In this document: piece by piece, positions 47,241 to 57,555 of the stretch
How the letters are laid out: every line of letters begins with the position of its first letter
Numbering within the stretch: position 1 is the first letter of the stretch
Assembly (NCBI GenBank): GCA_020536535.1
Contig: JAHLWZ010000807.1
Span: 64,001-128,000, forward strand
DNA from: Pelomyxa schiedti
Lineage: Eukaryota > Protista > Evosea
Reading direction: 5' to 3'
DNA: 64,000 bases
Translations under genes and position numbers: made by a program
The notes under the pieces: generated by a model
What the model was told of the DNA's origin: nothing
Database searches by the model: none
What the model saw: only the letters and a program-made list of their open reading frames with translations

Positions 47241-48796
47241 TTGGTGATGACTTTCTGGAAGGAGAAGGGGAGTGGGACTCCCTTCTTTCAGATCTTGAAG
47301 AAGCGTTTCGTTCAGATCTCGAAGAAGAGTGTGGAACTGGGTGCGTTCTTTCCGGGGCAGATGTCTACACACAAGTTAAATTAATGGTTAGTAGCAGGTG
47401 AATAACTTTCAGAGAAGGGGGAGACTCTCGAAGGGATGTGCCTGTGACTGGTGCCGATGCTGTCAATGAACCCTGCTCGATACTGGGGGAGGGGGTACTC
47501 TCTCCTGAAGATTGAAGAGATTTGCTTGGAGGTAAGCAATCTACGGGACCAGTATTTTCGTGAAAAGGTGGGCTATGGCCACAATTCTGGCAGAGTCCAC
47601 CTACAGGAAGGTGTCTGGGCCATAAAAATTGCACAAAAACAAGTACCATAATTGGTCCCATAGTATTGATCACATTCACAATTTTCTGTTGTACACGCAC
47701 CTCGTTTGATGGAACCCACACCAGTTGTATCTTGATTTGTTGGGAAATGAGTTAGTAATGGGCGTTATACCTGGTGAGATTATGAGAATTTTCTGTGTTT
47801 TTGCAAGATGGATTCTAGTACGAGGAGACACATCCTAAATTGAAAAAAAGAATTAACAACCATTTTGGAGTGAACAAGCAACTACAGCAAAATCGGAATT
47901 GCCTGACTCTGGCAGTGCCACTCTATCATTTTATTAGGTTTTCTTTCTCCCAGTTTGGGTACCTTTCTTCAGTAAAAGAATTGTGTTGTTCACCACTTGT
48001 AACTAAACTGTACAACGTTGAGAGTTATTTCCCTTGTCGGCTCTATACCTTTGTGATGCATCTTCGACTGAAGAAGGTCCATTTCCATACTCTGCCTAGG
48101 TGAGAGGATTATATTTTGAGTACAATCTTGAGAGCCATTAGTACCTGAGGAGTAAAAACGGGATATGCCTGGAAAAAACTATTTAGACTTTCAGTATCCA
48201 TGATTTCGAGAGCCAAAACAAAGCTTTTCTGAGTACAATTGAAAAAGAAAAAATGGAGGAGAGAAAGTACCACAGCAACATTCACATTTTCTTGGTTTTC
48301 TAGAACTTTCTGCCTCAGTGGCAAGGACAGCTGGTTTTCATAACGGTAGTATACCTCTTCAAGTGCATGTGGACAGTAACGACTGTACTCGTTGCTTGCC
48401 GTATGGGAATTGGGGGTGAAGGGAGCTTCAATTGTGGTGTTTGTCGAACTTGCAGGGGGAATTGAAGTGGGGTTGCAGGAGGGATTGCATGTGTGAGAAG
48501 CTAATGCTGAAGCACATTCATGTGCAAAAGATGCATCACATACAGCGTCAAGATGTGGTTCACGCTTTTCAATGTGATATCGTAGACATGGCCAGGCATA
48601 TTTATCACAAAGAAGGATCAACAGAGTATCATATTGAATAGTAGGTGCTGAAGTCACGGCAGTTTGTAAAATCAACGGAGGGGGTGATTCACAAGGGCTG
48701 TCTGGGATATCTGAAGATGAGCGTTGCCTTGTTCGGTCCTTTCTTCCAAAAAGTTTCTGGAAAAATCCTGTAGTGGCACAAAGTTAGACCACCCCA

Positions 48797-50140
48797 TTAC
48801 CCAAAGGTACAAGTCACACCTGGGGATGGTGTTACAGCAGAACAAGAGGATGAATATTTCCTTGTTTTAGGTGGCGATGAAGGTGCTGCAATCGCCTGCT
48901 GTGATGTCGGCGGTGTAACAAGCACTGTAGCTGGCAGCACTTGAGCCTGGGGAATAGGAGGAGGGATTGGTGGGTTCTGAGTCGCGGGAGGGAGGAACAT
49001 GTACGAAATCAACGGAGATGCCGCCGGGGATAGCTGTGGTGACACCAGCGGGGATTGAGAAGGCGAAGCACTGCACGAGGAAGAGCCTCCCTCGCCCTTC
49101 AGCTGCCACTGATGATTCTGACTGTGATTCGGAGCCTGGAACATGTTAGAACTGCCCCCACGCGCGGGAGAGCAAGAGGAGGATTGGTTCTGCAGAAACG
49201 GAGGAGGCGGTGGGATTGCACTATGGTGCGAGTGCGACGATGGCGGCGGCATGGAGCTAGATGACGCCCCCGTCCTATGGTGAGGCTGCTGTTGTTGGTG
49301 GTGCTGTAGCCTGAGTGGCATGTGTTGGTTATATTGATTCGTACTTGTAGTAGTAGTAGTATTAGTAGTAGTAGTACTAGTGGGGTTTGTATTTGCATTT
49401 GTATTTGCATGGTTCTGGTTGTGCAGTTTGTGCCCAGACTGTGAACGTGGGACACCCCCACCATTGCCATTACCATTACCACTACCACTACCACTACCAC
49501 TTCCATTGGTGTTGTTGTAGTTGGAGGAGCGGGACGGCGAGGGCGAAGGGTGCAGCACAGAAGGGCAGTCCGTGACGTAGTGGGGGTAAGGGGGGGGCGG
49601 GATCCCCTGGTGCAGGGCGCCCGAGTGCGAGGGCGGCGAGGGAGGCGGCAGGGGCGCCGGGGACATGGGGGGCGACAGGGAGCCCGGGGCGCCCAGCACC
49701 GAGTCGTCGCTGCTGCTGGTGCGGATGCGGTACAGGCGCGGGGGCGCCGCGGGGGGCCCGGCCGACGGCGGGAGCGGGAGCAGCGGGCCCGAGGCGTAGG
49801 TGGCCACGGTGCCCAGCGCCACCCCGCCGTAGTAGCTGCCGCTGCCGCTGCCGCCGCCGGGCTGAAGAGGCGGCGCAGGAGGCGGCGGAATGGGGGGCAG
49901 CCCCGAGAACATCTGCGGGGCCGACGTGGACAGCGGCGCCTTGCGTATGGGGAACGGCGGCGGCGTGGTGCTGTTGGGCCACGGCGTGTCCGTGTTCCGC
50001 GGGGAAACCAGGGCGGCGGTTGGCGGGGCAGGGGGAGGAGGCGGGGGGATGTGGTAGTGTGTCAGCGGGGATATTGCCTGCTGCAGCGGCGGGGGGGGCG
50101 GCGGCCCGTCCGGCCAGCTGCTTCCTTTGTTCCCGTGCAT
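48797..50140 (-). CDS. Pro/Ser/Gly/Asn-rich low-complexity coding exon (probable N-terminal region of the kinase gene above) overlapping an extreme GC island
   Basis: An open frame of about 1.4 kb encoding PPPPPP, GSGSGSGNGNGNGGG, TTTTNTTTTT and HHQQQQPHH tracts. The 49500..50160 segment is about 75% GC and is open in several frames on both strands, so strand and frame are assigned only by continuity with the kinase gene. Confidence 0.35.
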   Translation of the reverse strand: MHGNKGSSWPDGPPPPPPLQQAISPLTHYHIPPPPPPAPPTAALVSPRNTDTPWPNSTTPPPFPIRKAPLSTSAPQMFSGLPPIPPPPAPPLQPGGGSGSGSYYGGVALGTVATYASGPLLPLPPSAGPPAAPPRLYRIRTSSSDDSVLGAPGSLSPPMSPAPLPPPSPPSHSGALHQGIPPPPYPHYVTDCPSVLHPSPSPSRSSNYNNTNGSGSGSGSGNGNGNGGGVPRSQSGHKLHNQNHANTNANTNPTSTTTTNTTTTTSTNQYNQHMPLRLQHHQQQQPHHRTGASSSSMPPPSSHSHHSAIPPPPPFLQNQSSSCSPARGGSSNMFQAPNHSQNHQWQLKGEGGSSSCSASPSQSPLVSPQLSPAASPLISYMFLPPATQNPPIPPPIPQAQVLPATVLVTPPTSQQAIAAPSSPPKTRKYSSSCSAVTPSPGVTCTFG

Positions 50141-50540
50141 CAAGCGGTGTTCGTGCTGGGGTGAGCGCGCGCGTTTGATCACGAAACAAACCAAAAAAAA
50201 AGAGGGGAAAAAAAACGGGCTGGGGAAGACGTTTGATTGATCAATGGCTTCACTTCCATGTTTGAACCGAGCGAACATTTCGTAGATGAAAGTTTCAGGG
50301 AGGCTTGGTCACTTGCGTTACCAGAATTACCTCACGTAGGTGTTCCTACCTCCGTGGTGGTGAACAAATGAAAGGTATGAGCGTGCAGAGTCGAGCACTT
50401 GCTGGTTTGTAAGTATTGCTGCCCCGGGTTCACTGTAGAGAGAGGGAAATATAAGGTGACGGTGTGATGCTGAATGTGTGTCGTTTTGCGTTGTGGTTTG
50501 TTTGCTTACCTTTCGGGTGTGTATTGGGGGTAGTGCAGTG

Positions 50541-51240
50541 TCATGGTCGCGAACACAGCAGCCGCTCTGTCATAGAACTGGAAAGAATGCAGGCGGGCGG
50601 GAGTAAGTAGTGGTTATAATAAGGGGGCAAAAGGTATACCAGTTTGGCGGTGTCGGTGCACAGGAACTCGGGTATTTGGTGCTCAGTTACAAGTTGAGTG
50701 GCACCACCTGGGCGAACTCCACGGAAGAAGAAGTCGGTTGTGGAATTCCACGTTGAAGAGAAGGCGTTATAAGCCTGATCCATTTGCGTCCACATTTCAT
50801 CTTGAGCTTTGAGGCTTGAAGTCCGACTGATGGGAAAATGAATGAGAAATGTAGAAAAAATTGGAAGCTGACTGTTCTCGCTCAGACATCAGTGTGCCTG
50901 TTCCTTGTATCCTCGGGTCTTGCAACATAAAAATAACCGCCTTTATGCCGGCCATGACAAGCTTGCCTGCGCATTGATGGCACGGTTCGAGACTTGTATA
51001 AACTGTTACTTCGCGAAGAAATGATTGTTTCCATGATGCAGATGCACTGTCTAGAGTAACACTCATGTTGTGTGGATGCCTGGCAAATTTGTTAACCAAA
51101 AAGAAAAATACGGTATATAAGATCACCTGAAAAGGGTATCTACCAAGCGTTCTTCAGCATGTTCAGTGGTGCTCTCAAAAATTTTATTGTGGTTGAATGC
51201 GTGCAATATTATACTCCCATCTGCAAAGAGAATGCACTTA
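50541..51240 (-). CDS. CDA-fold zinc-dependent nucleotide/tRNA deaminase (TadA/ADAT2- or cytosine-deaminase-like), 3 or more exons
   Basis: Exon (about 51240..51130): …ILFADGSIILHAFNHNKIFESTTEHAEERLVDTLFR (HAE motif). 47-nt intron. Exon 51126..about 50860: HPHNMSVTLDSASASWKQSFLREVTVYTSLEPCHQCAGKLVMAGIKAVIFMLQDPRIQGTGTLMSERE (PCxxC motif). Short intron. C-terminal exon to 50541: …AYNAFSSTWNSTTDFFFRGVRPGG…. A possible first exon lies at 51469..51711 (MWTSMTGKAYLCDPSLIIEAQPRLTPFEAE). Confidence 0.65.
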
Positions 51241-51891
51241 ATTTTGCCTCAAACACGATTGTCCTGAGAAACCTTTACGGACAGCAAAACATGCTATGTT
51301 ATGCCCAACATAGGTTGGTCTGTCAATTTGATAAACCCACTGCCCTCTAATCGCACAGGGTGTATTGCTAGCTTCCATCTCCCTTTGCACTAAAAAAATG
51401 TAGTGAGGAACGTGTTGTCTCTAAGTTTGTATGATTTTATTCCCCCCAGTAAGGGAAATACTTATTCTTTAACTCACTTGCACGGTGAGGATATGTCCCA
51501 AGTAAGCCATACATATTTCCATTAAATTGATCAGCAAGTATTGAGGCCAGACATAAGCAATATATCTTATTAAGATAAGGAGGGAACGTGAACGAAATGA
51601 GGAAATGCGTACTTGCTGCCTTTCCGCTTCAAAGGGTGTGAGTCTCGGCTGAGCTTCAATGATTAGTGAAGGATCACAAAGGTAGGCTTTTCCTGTCATG
51701 GAAGTCCACATTTGGAAAACGCTAACAGTACAATAAGAACGTGATAAAAAAAACAGAATTAAGATCAGTGAACCTTTGGGTATCTTGCTTCGCCTGAGTC
51801 ACTTGAAGATGTAGTGCAATCATTCTACATATTGGAAGAATCAAGTCCACATTAGCCGCACCTGCAACATAATTCGCGGTGAGTAGAGAAC

Positions 51892-53035
51892 TTAATCAAA
51901 AGAGCCAAAGGGGAAGCAACTTGGAGTAGCGAAATGGGTTACAAAAGCATCTTCACGTGCCGTTTCAGATTCAAAGCAAGACTGTAAGGTTCTACAAATT
52001 TTAAGGGTGGCGACAATAGCCTCACTTGGAGCAGATTGAAATTCGTTCATGAACCTCGTAAGTGCTTCGTTTTTCATTTGCTCTAAGAATTTACAAAAAT
52101 ATGAAGTTAGACAATAGAAAGAATGTGTGGTTGTGGGGTATTGTAGAACGTTGAAAAGCACCAGTTGCAGTGAAAGGCTCCCTTTTACTGTGATACAGCT
52201 TCTCCAATGTATTTTCAACCACGATGGCCTCCCGTTTCAATAGACCAACTACAACTTCGCAGATACTAGGATTTGACGCCATCACCGAAGAAGACATTAC
52301 TTGAGAAGAAGCACCCATCAATTCAGGTGTTGTTGTTGCAGTTGTTGTTGCAGTTGCAGTTGCTGCTGAAGAGGTGCTAGTAAACAGAACGCTTGAAGTT
52401 GTAGGCATAGAGGTCAGCAATGGCATCACAACAGCCCCAGTCGGCGATGTTACATGCGTAGTTACCAACATTGTGGGAGCCGCCGCGGCCGCCGCCGCCG
52501 CTGCGGCAGCGCGCTTGGATGCGCCGCGACCTTTGGTGGTCTCACGGGGCGGTGGGGCTGTGATTGAAACCCCGGTCGTTCTCGAGATTGCGGTCAATGC
52601 TGAACGAATGACAGCTTGGTATAACTTACAGAACTTGAGTTGTTGCTTCGAGAACTCCTTGATGGAGCGAACGGTATGTTTCGGCGACAGAATAGAGGAA
52701 AGCCCGAGCACACTGGACGAAGAACAGCATGCTGAAGAAGAGATGCTGCTCGAGACAACTACGGAAGTAGAACAAGCAATTGGTGCCGGAGTCGTCGTCG
52801 GGGGAGGAGGCGTGGAGCAGGGCGTGGTAATGGTGCTATTAATAGCACTGGCAGTGGCTGTGGTGCCAGGTTGGTTCTGAATGGGATTTGGTGTTGTGGG
52901 AGTGGGCTGGGGTGTATCAACAGGGAGAAGGCCAAATGCGGTCTTGTTCACTTTGGTGCCGAAGGGTGTCACAAATGACAAGAGCGACTCGTCCCCAACT
53001 CCACCTCGTTTGCTCCCTCTTCTAGTTGCCATCAC
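51892..53035 (-). CDS. Hypothetical Ser/Thr/Ala-rich (likely nuclear) protein, 2 or more exons
   Basis: ORF 52091..53035: MMATRRGSKRGGVGDESLLSFVTPFGTKVNKTAFGLLP…poly-T/S/P…KEFSKQQLKFCKLYQAVIRSALTAISRTTG…poly-Ala…NTLEKLYHSK. ORF 51892..52218: …FLEQMKNEALTRFMNEFQSAPSEAIVATLKICRTLQSCFESETAREDAF…. No family recognised. Confidence 0.35.
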
Positions 53036-53219
53036 GGAACGAAACCGCCTGGGTTGTGTTTTTTTTTCTTCTTAGTCGGCAACTTTGATGATTCTTTTCG
53101 CTCCCTTCTCCACACGTAAAAATTATTGTTTTCGCGTATGAACGAGGGAGCTCTTCCTTCGGAAGGCCTTAACGTCAAACAAACTATTTTTACCTTTTCC
53201 TTGCTGGTACTCCTGTGAG

Positions 53220-54115
53220 TTACAGGGGTGTGAAGGAAAATCTTGAGAGCTTTGCATAGGTGGTCTTTTGAGCTGGAGTCAAGCCTGACATCATCCAGAA
53301 GTTAATGTGCACCACCAGCTCATCAGAGGATTGTGGGATTGGGGGCACGGAAGAAGACCAGCTGTGCACAGTGGTCCCTGTGGAATCATCAGTTGCCACC
53401 CAACTTATCTTGTTTGAAGTCCATGTGAATTCATGTGTAGAGTTTGCTACACCCCGTGTCATTTTCCACATTTCTATCTGGCCTGAGTGTGTTTGTTTTG
53501 GTCATTATGGTTTGTCTATTACAATGTTTGGGTTGTGGGAGATAACCTGTCCCTCCTGGTTGGTTCACATAGTCCGCATTGTTTGCTGATGGTGACACAG
53601 CGCCCCACCTGGCAAATTCAATATCAATCTCCAAGGTGTCGTTCTTGTATAGAAAGAGTCCCAAAACAATATTACGGTCAACATCTGAATCATAAGACAA
53701 ATTCAAGGTGTTAATGCCCGCTCCTACTCCCGCAGTGTAACTATTACTTGAATTACTAATTACTTAAACATATGTGAGTCGCAAAGAACCGACCAGTGAA
53801 CTCTTCCACAGCGCCATTGACACCAAACGAGTAAGTTCCGTATCCCAAAGCATTTGACAGGTACACCTCAGAACAGCAGTAAGGCCTGGAAGTCGGGTCG
53901 CTTGGGTCCGGGGCCACCGACATCACCAGGTCGCCCTCTGTTCCCGACTCGACGTACGCATTGGCCGCACAGAAGTAGTTTGGCCCGGGCCCTGACTTCA
54001 CTCCGTGGGTGTCTCTTTGCGTCCATGCGTATCCACTCCACGCCAGGCTAGAAGCCCACACGCACGACAAGTACGCCAACACGACGACGACTACGACTGT
54101 TGAACGGACGCTCAT
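53220..54115 (-). CDS. Secreted GH16-like (concanavalin-A-like fold) glycoside hydrolase, 3 or more exons
   Basis: Start MSVRSTVVVVVVLAYLSCVWASSLA (signal peptide). …SGPGPNYFCAANAYVESGTEGDLVMSVAPDPSDPTSRPYCCSEVYLSNALGYGTYSFGVNG…. Middle exon …NDTLEIDIEFARWGAVSPSANNADYVNQPGG (ExDxE catalytic motif). C-terminal exon …HEFTWTSNKISWVATDDSTGTTVHSW…. Confidence 0.6.
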
Positions 54116-54661
54116 CGGTTTTTTTTTATCTCTTGATTATGGGGAAAGGAAAGGAAGACAAGTTGTTGGAGGAGGGGAAAATGTTTTTTTATTTGTATTT
54201 CATTGGGCTTGGGGGGATTTGTTTTTGTGGTTGTGCACTCCAACCTGAGGAAGAGAGACGTAAGCAGTCAGTTCAGTGTAGCCAAAGAGCAGAGTGAGTG
54301 TGTCACAGACAAAACAGCAGTCACAGGGCGCGAGTTATAATATTTAACTAGTACGCATTGTAATTAGTTTGGGTTTGTGTGTTTTTTGTTTCAGGCTCGG
54401 AGTATGTCTCGGTAGAAGCTTGTGTAGCCACGGCACGTAACAGAAGATAAACACAGAAAAAGAAGGCAAGGGAGCATGTAAAAAAAAGCAGAGGGCCCAA
54501 AGTGTGTGTGAGGAGCACCAAAAAAGAGAGAAGCCAAGCCGGGCTTAAAGGAGAGAAGGAGGGAGGATACTTGTTTTATTAAGTTTGGTGTACAATACAA
54601 ACAGTAAAACAAGGCACGGGTAACATAAGGGAAAGGAGAACACATACCAACACTAAAAGTT

Positions 54662-55524
54662 TCATTGTCCTCCAACTTCATTTCCATCAGAAGCGGGTGG
54701 TGCCGTTACATTGTCCGCAGAAGTAGCTGAAGTCTCCTCAGTCTTCGGAGCATCATCAACCTTGACATCTCCATGATCCCTATCGCGGTCACGATCACGG
54801 TCACGGTCGCGATCCCTGTCCCTATCTCTTTCCCTTTCTCTATGGGAACTATGCGAGTCACGATGGGTGCTGTGGGAACTATGATGCCTGTCGCGATCCC
54901 TTGAGTGAGATTTTGAGCGCTCACGAGAGCGGTCGCGGGAACGATCACGGGAGTGATGATGATGGTGGTGATCACGTCTTGGAGAGCGGGAGTGAGATCT
55001 AGAGCGAGATGAGCGCCTTGGAGATGGAGACCTGCGTCCTCGGCTGTTGGGTTTAACGGAGTCAGAATCATTACGGAAATAACTATTATTACTACACAAT
55101 ATTAGTGAACTATACAAACGACCTTTCAGGACAATCACGAGCCCAATGTCCCCAGGCGGAACAGTTGAAGCACTTTCCTTCCCCAGGTACACGAGAGCGT
55201 CCACCAGTGGAGAACTCCACAATTAAACGAGAACCATCAAGATCCTAGGAAATAGGTAAAAAACAGTGGAAATACTTCAATAATGAATATTGAGACCTTG
55301 CCGTCCATTCCGGAAATTGCGTCCTCAGCGTCACGAGGGTCGTCGTACTCCTTCGCGACGTAAAAAAATACAATAATTTGAGCAAAACTACATACCACAA
55401 AAGCGTATCCGAACTTAAGGTCACATCTCACGATTTTACCATAGTGCGAGAACTTGGACTCCAGATCCGATTGTCGCGTTCGTTGGTTTAGGTTACCAAC
55501 GTATACTCGCGTGTTCGGCATCAC
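54662..55524 (-). CDS. SR splicing factor of the SRSF7/9G8 / plant RSZ type: RRM + CCHC zinc knuckle + RS/RD-rich domain, 4 exons
   Basis: Exon 1: [43 protein letters not shown]. 45-nt GTATGT…AG intron. Exon 2: [18 protein letters not shown]. 51-nt intron. Exon 3: [41 protein letters not shown]. Intron. Exon 4: …[97 protein letters not shown]…*. Confidence 0.85.
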
Positions 55525-56175
55525 CGCTCGGCTCTTGGTTTTTGAAAAAAAAAAGGATCCAACTTAAAGCAAAAAAGCGGGTGATGCAAAACAAAAAACG
55601 CAGTTGTTTACAAAATCGACGGTTCTATTCTAATACAACTGCGACTTTCTTTTCTAAGCAAAAAAAAAAAAGGGAAACGATTCCGTTTAAACACACTGTA
55701 TGTAAGTGGCTGTTGTCACTGACGGACTAGTTTTATGGTTGCGCCGGGGCCGGCACGTTCTATTATGAGACTAGCCATCTGGATTTGTAATTAAGGCAAT
55801 AGAAGATGTGAATTTGGTGTACCTCTGAGGCCTGTGGCGTCTCTATGTATTCTGGATAGTGACGATTTCCTACAAATCTGAGGTGGTTGTTGGCACTGGG
55901 GGCTATTGGTGGGGTTTTTTTTTTTTACTTGATTACTACGTGTCTCTCGTCGGAGATAGTAATTTGCTCGACTTCGCGATAGTTGAAGGTTTCTCGTACT
56001 TCAAAAGATTCCGGGTCCAGTCGGAAGAAGTTATCTAACCTGTTGTGACTAAATCCAAAGCAACGCCATCAAAAATACACACGACAAACGGAATATTCTT
56101 TTTTGGTCTAGAAGGAGGGGAAAAAATCAGTAAAAGATACCAAATACTCAGGGTTGCTTACGTCTCCAATACCAG

Positions 56176-57009
56176 TTGGTCCTGAGGACAACAAAATCTA
56201 CATCCAAAGGCGTTTTTTTCTCTTGCCTTTGTTTAAGAGCATCCTATTTTGATGAGGGTTTGTCATTGATTGCACACTTCACACCTCTCTTGTGGGATCC
56301 TCTTTTACTCCTCCAAATGCATGAGCTAATCCCCGTAGTAACCACTCAGCCCCATCAATCCATCTGTCAGTAAGGGTTGTGGGAAATTCAGGAGGGTGGA
56401 CCATTGGCGATGTGGAGAGAATTGAGGCTGGGGTGGGAGAAGTAGAGACAGAAGTACTGGTCGAGGTTGCGGACCCAGGGATGGGTATTGGGGCCGATGT
56501 TGCAGTGGTCGTAGCTGCTGCAGTGGAAGTTGTAGTGGCAGAAGCGCTTGGGGCTTCTACAGATGAAGTAGTAACTACTGTGGATGTCTTAACTGGAGTA
56601 GCTGTAGAATAAATGGTGTGGTGTTATCAACTAAGTTTTTCCTTTTTACAATTTTATAGGTCACTATTCTTACTTGGTTTCTCAACTGCAGGGGGTTTGG
56701 CAAGCATCTGTTTCAGCTTCCCAGAGGAAAAAAGTGTATTCAACTCAGAAACAGTGCCGACCTTTTGACCGAAAATCTTTGACAAACGTGAGTAAAAAAG
56801 AAGAGGGACCTGTAACTGCGTACATAAATTTGTGGGAAAACCACACTTCCGCCGTTCTGATTAAGAAGAAACAAGAACAATGGTTGGTCAAGTGCACAGT
56901 CGTATATCTTAACGTCCTTTTTGGTCACTCCACAATCCGATAATATTCCGATGACTGAGAGTAAAAAGTCAGGGAGTGCAAAACACGCAGTTGTATTTAC
57001 TTTCTTCAT
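56176..57009 (-). CDS. Hypothetical secreted protein with Ser/Thr/Ala-rich linker and conserved-looking C-terminal segment
   Basis: MKKVNTTACFALPDFLLSVIGILSDCGVTKKDVKIYDCALDQPL… (signal-like N-terminus). Later …TPVKTSTVVTTSSVEAPSASATTTSTAAATTTATSAPIPIPGSATSTSTSVSTSPTPASILSTSPMVHPPEFPTTLTDRWIDGAEWLLRGLAHAFGGVKEDPTREV*. The exon joins are not resolved. Confidence 0.3.
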
Positions 57010-57555
57010 TTAATTTAAATTGTAAGGTTTTTCTTCTTGCTTGTCCACTAGTTGGTTTTTACTTTCGTTAGTGTCTTCGTACTGCCGCTGCGCGCCGTAG
57101 TCACGATTTACGTAAACCGCGATTCTGGGAGTTCTGGCAGTTGTTGCAGTTCCGTTGGTTGCCGTAGATTTGCTCATGCTTCCTCTTCTAGGGGGAGATC
57201 CGAATGCCGGTGTCTCCTGGTGCATCACACACCAATGATACTTTGGTTTTTTCTTTTTTTTTTTTTTTTTCTTTCCTTCCCTCTTCCACGTTTCGTAGTC
57301 AATCAGCGAAATGTCAAAGCACAAAGTGATCGGTTTCGTCCTGCCCGAGTGTTACCACTGAGGTACAGAACCTGAAATTTCCCCTGCCAAAGTACACTGT
57401 TGTTGGCACATTTTTCCGTAGACAACAGGTACAGGGGTCGTCCAGTTAACAAAAGATCCACAAGGAAGATTGGGAACCCAAGATGGAACGAAGCACACGT
57501 CAACTGTCAAGTGTAATTTTATTTCCTACCGAGTGTAAGTCTGTTTCACTTAACC

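Noticed and set aside
49494-50189. Overlapping long ORFs on both strands and in several frames within 49500..50160 (e.g. 49494..50189 on - and 49550..50164 on +, Arg/Gly/Ala-rich)
   Set aside because: These are artefacts of about 75% GC content, where stop codons are rare. Only one frame can be coding, and even that is assigned with low confidence.
57010-57324. 104-aa minus ORF containing a poly-Lys run (MCFDISLIDYETWKREGKKKKKKKKKPKYHW…)
   Set aside because: The poly-Lys is simply a translated A/T homopolymer at 57238..57270. The tail (MSKSTATNG…EEKPYNLN) might be an exon of the neighbouring secreted S/T-rich gene, but it is not supportable as an independent gene.
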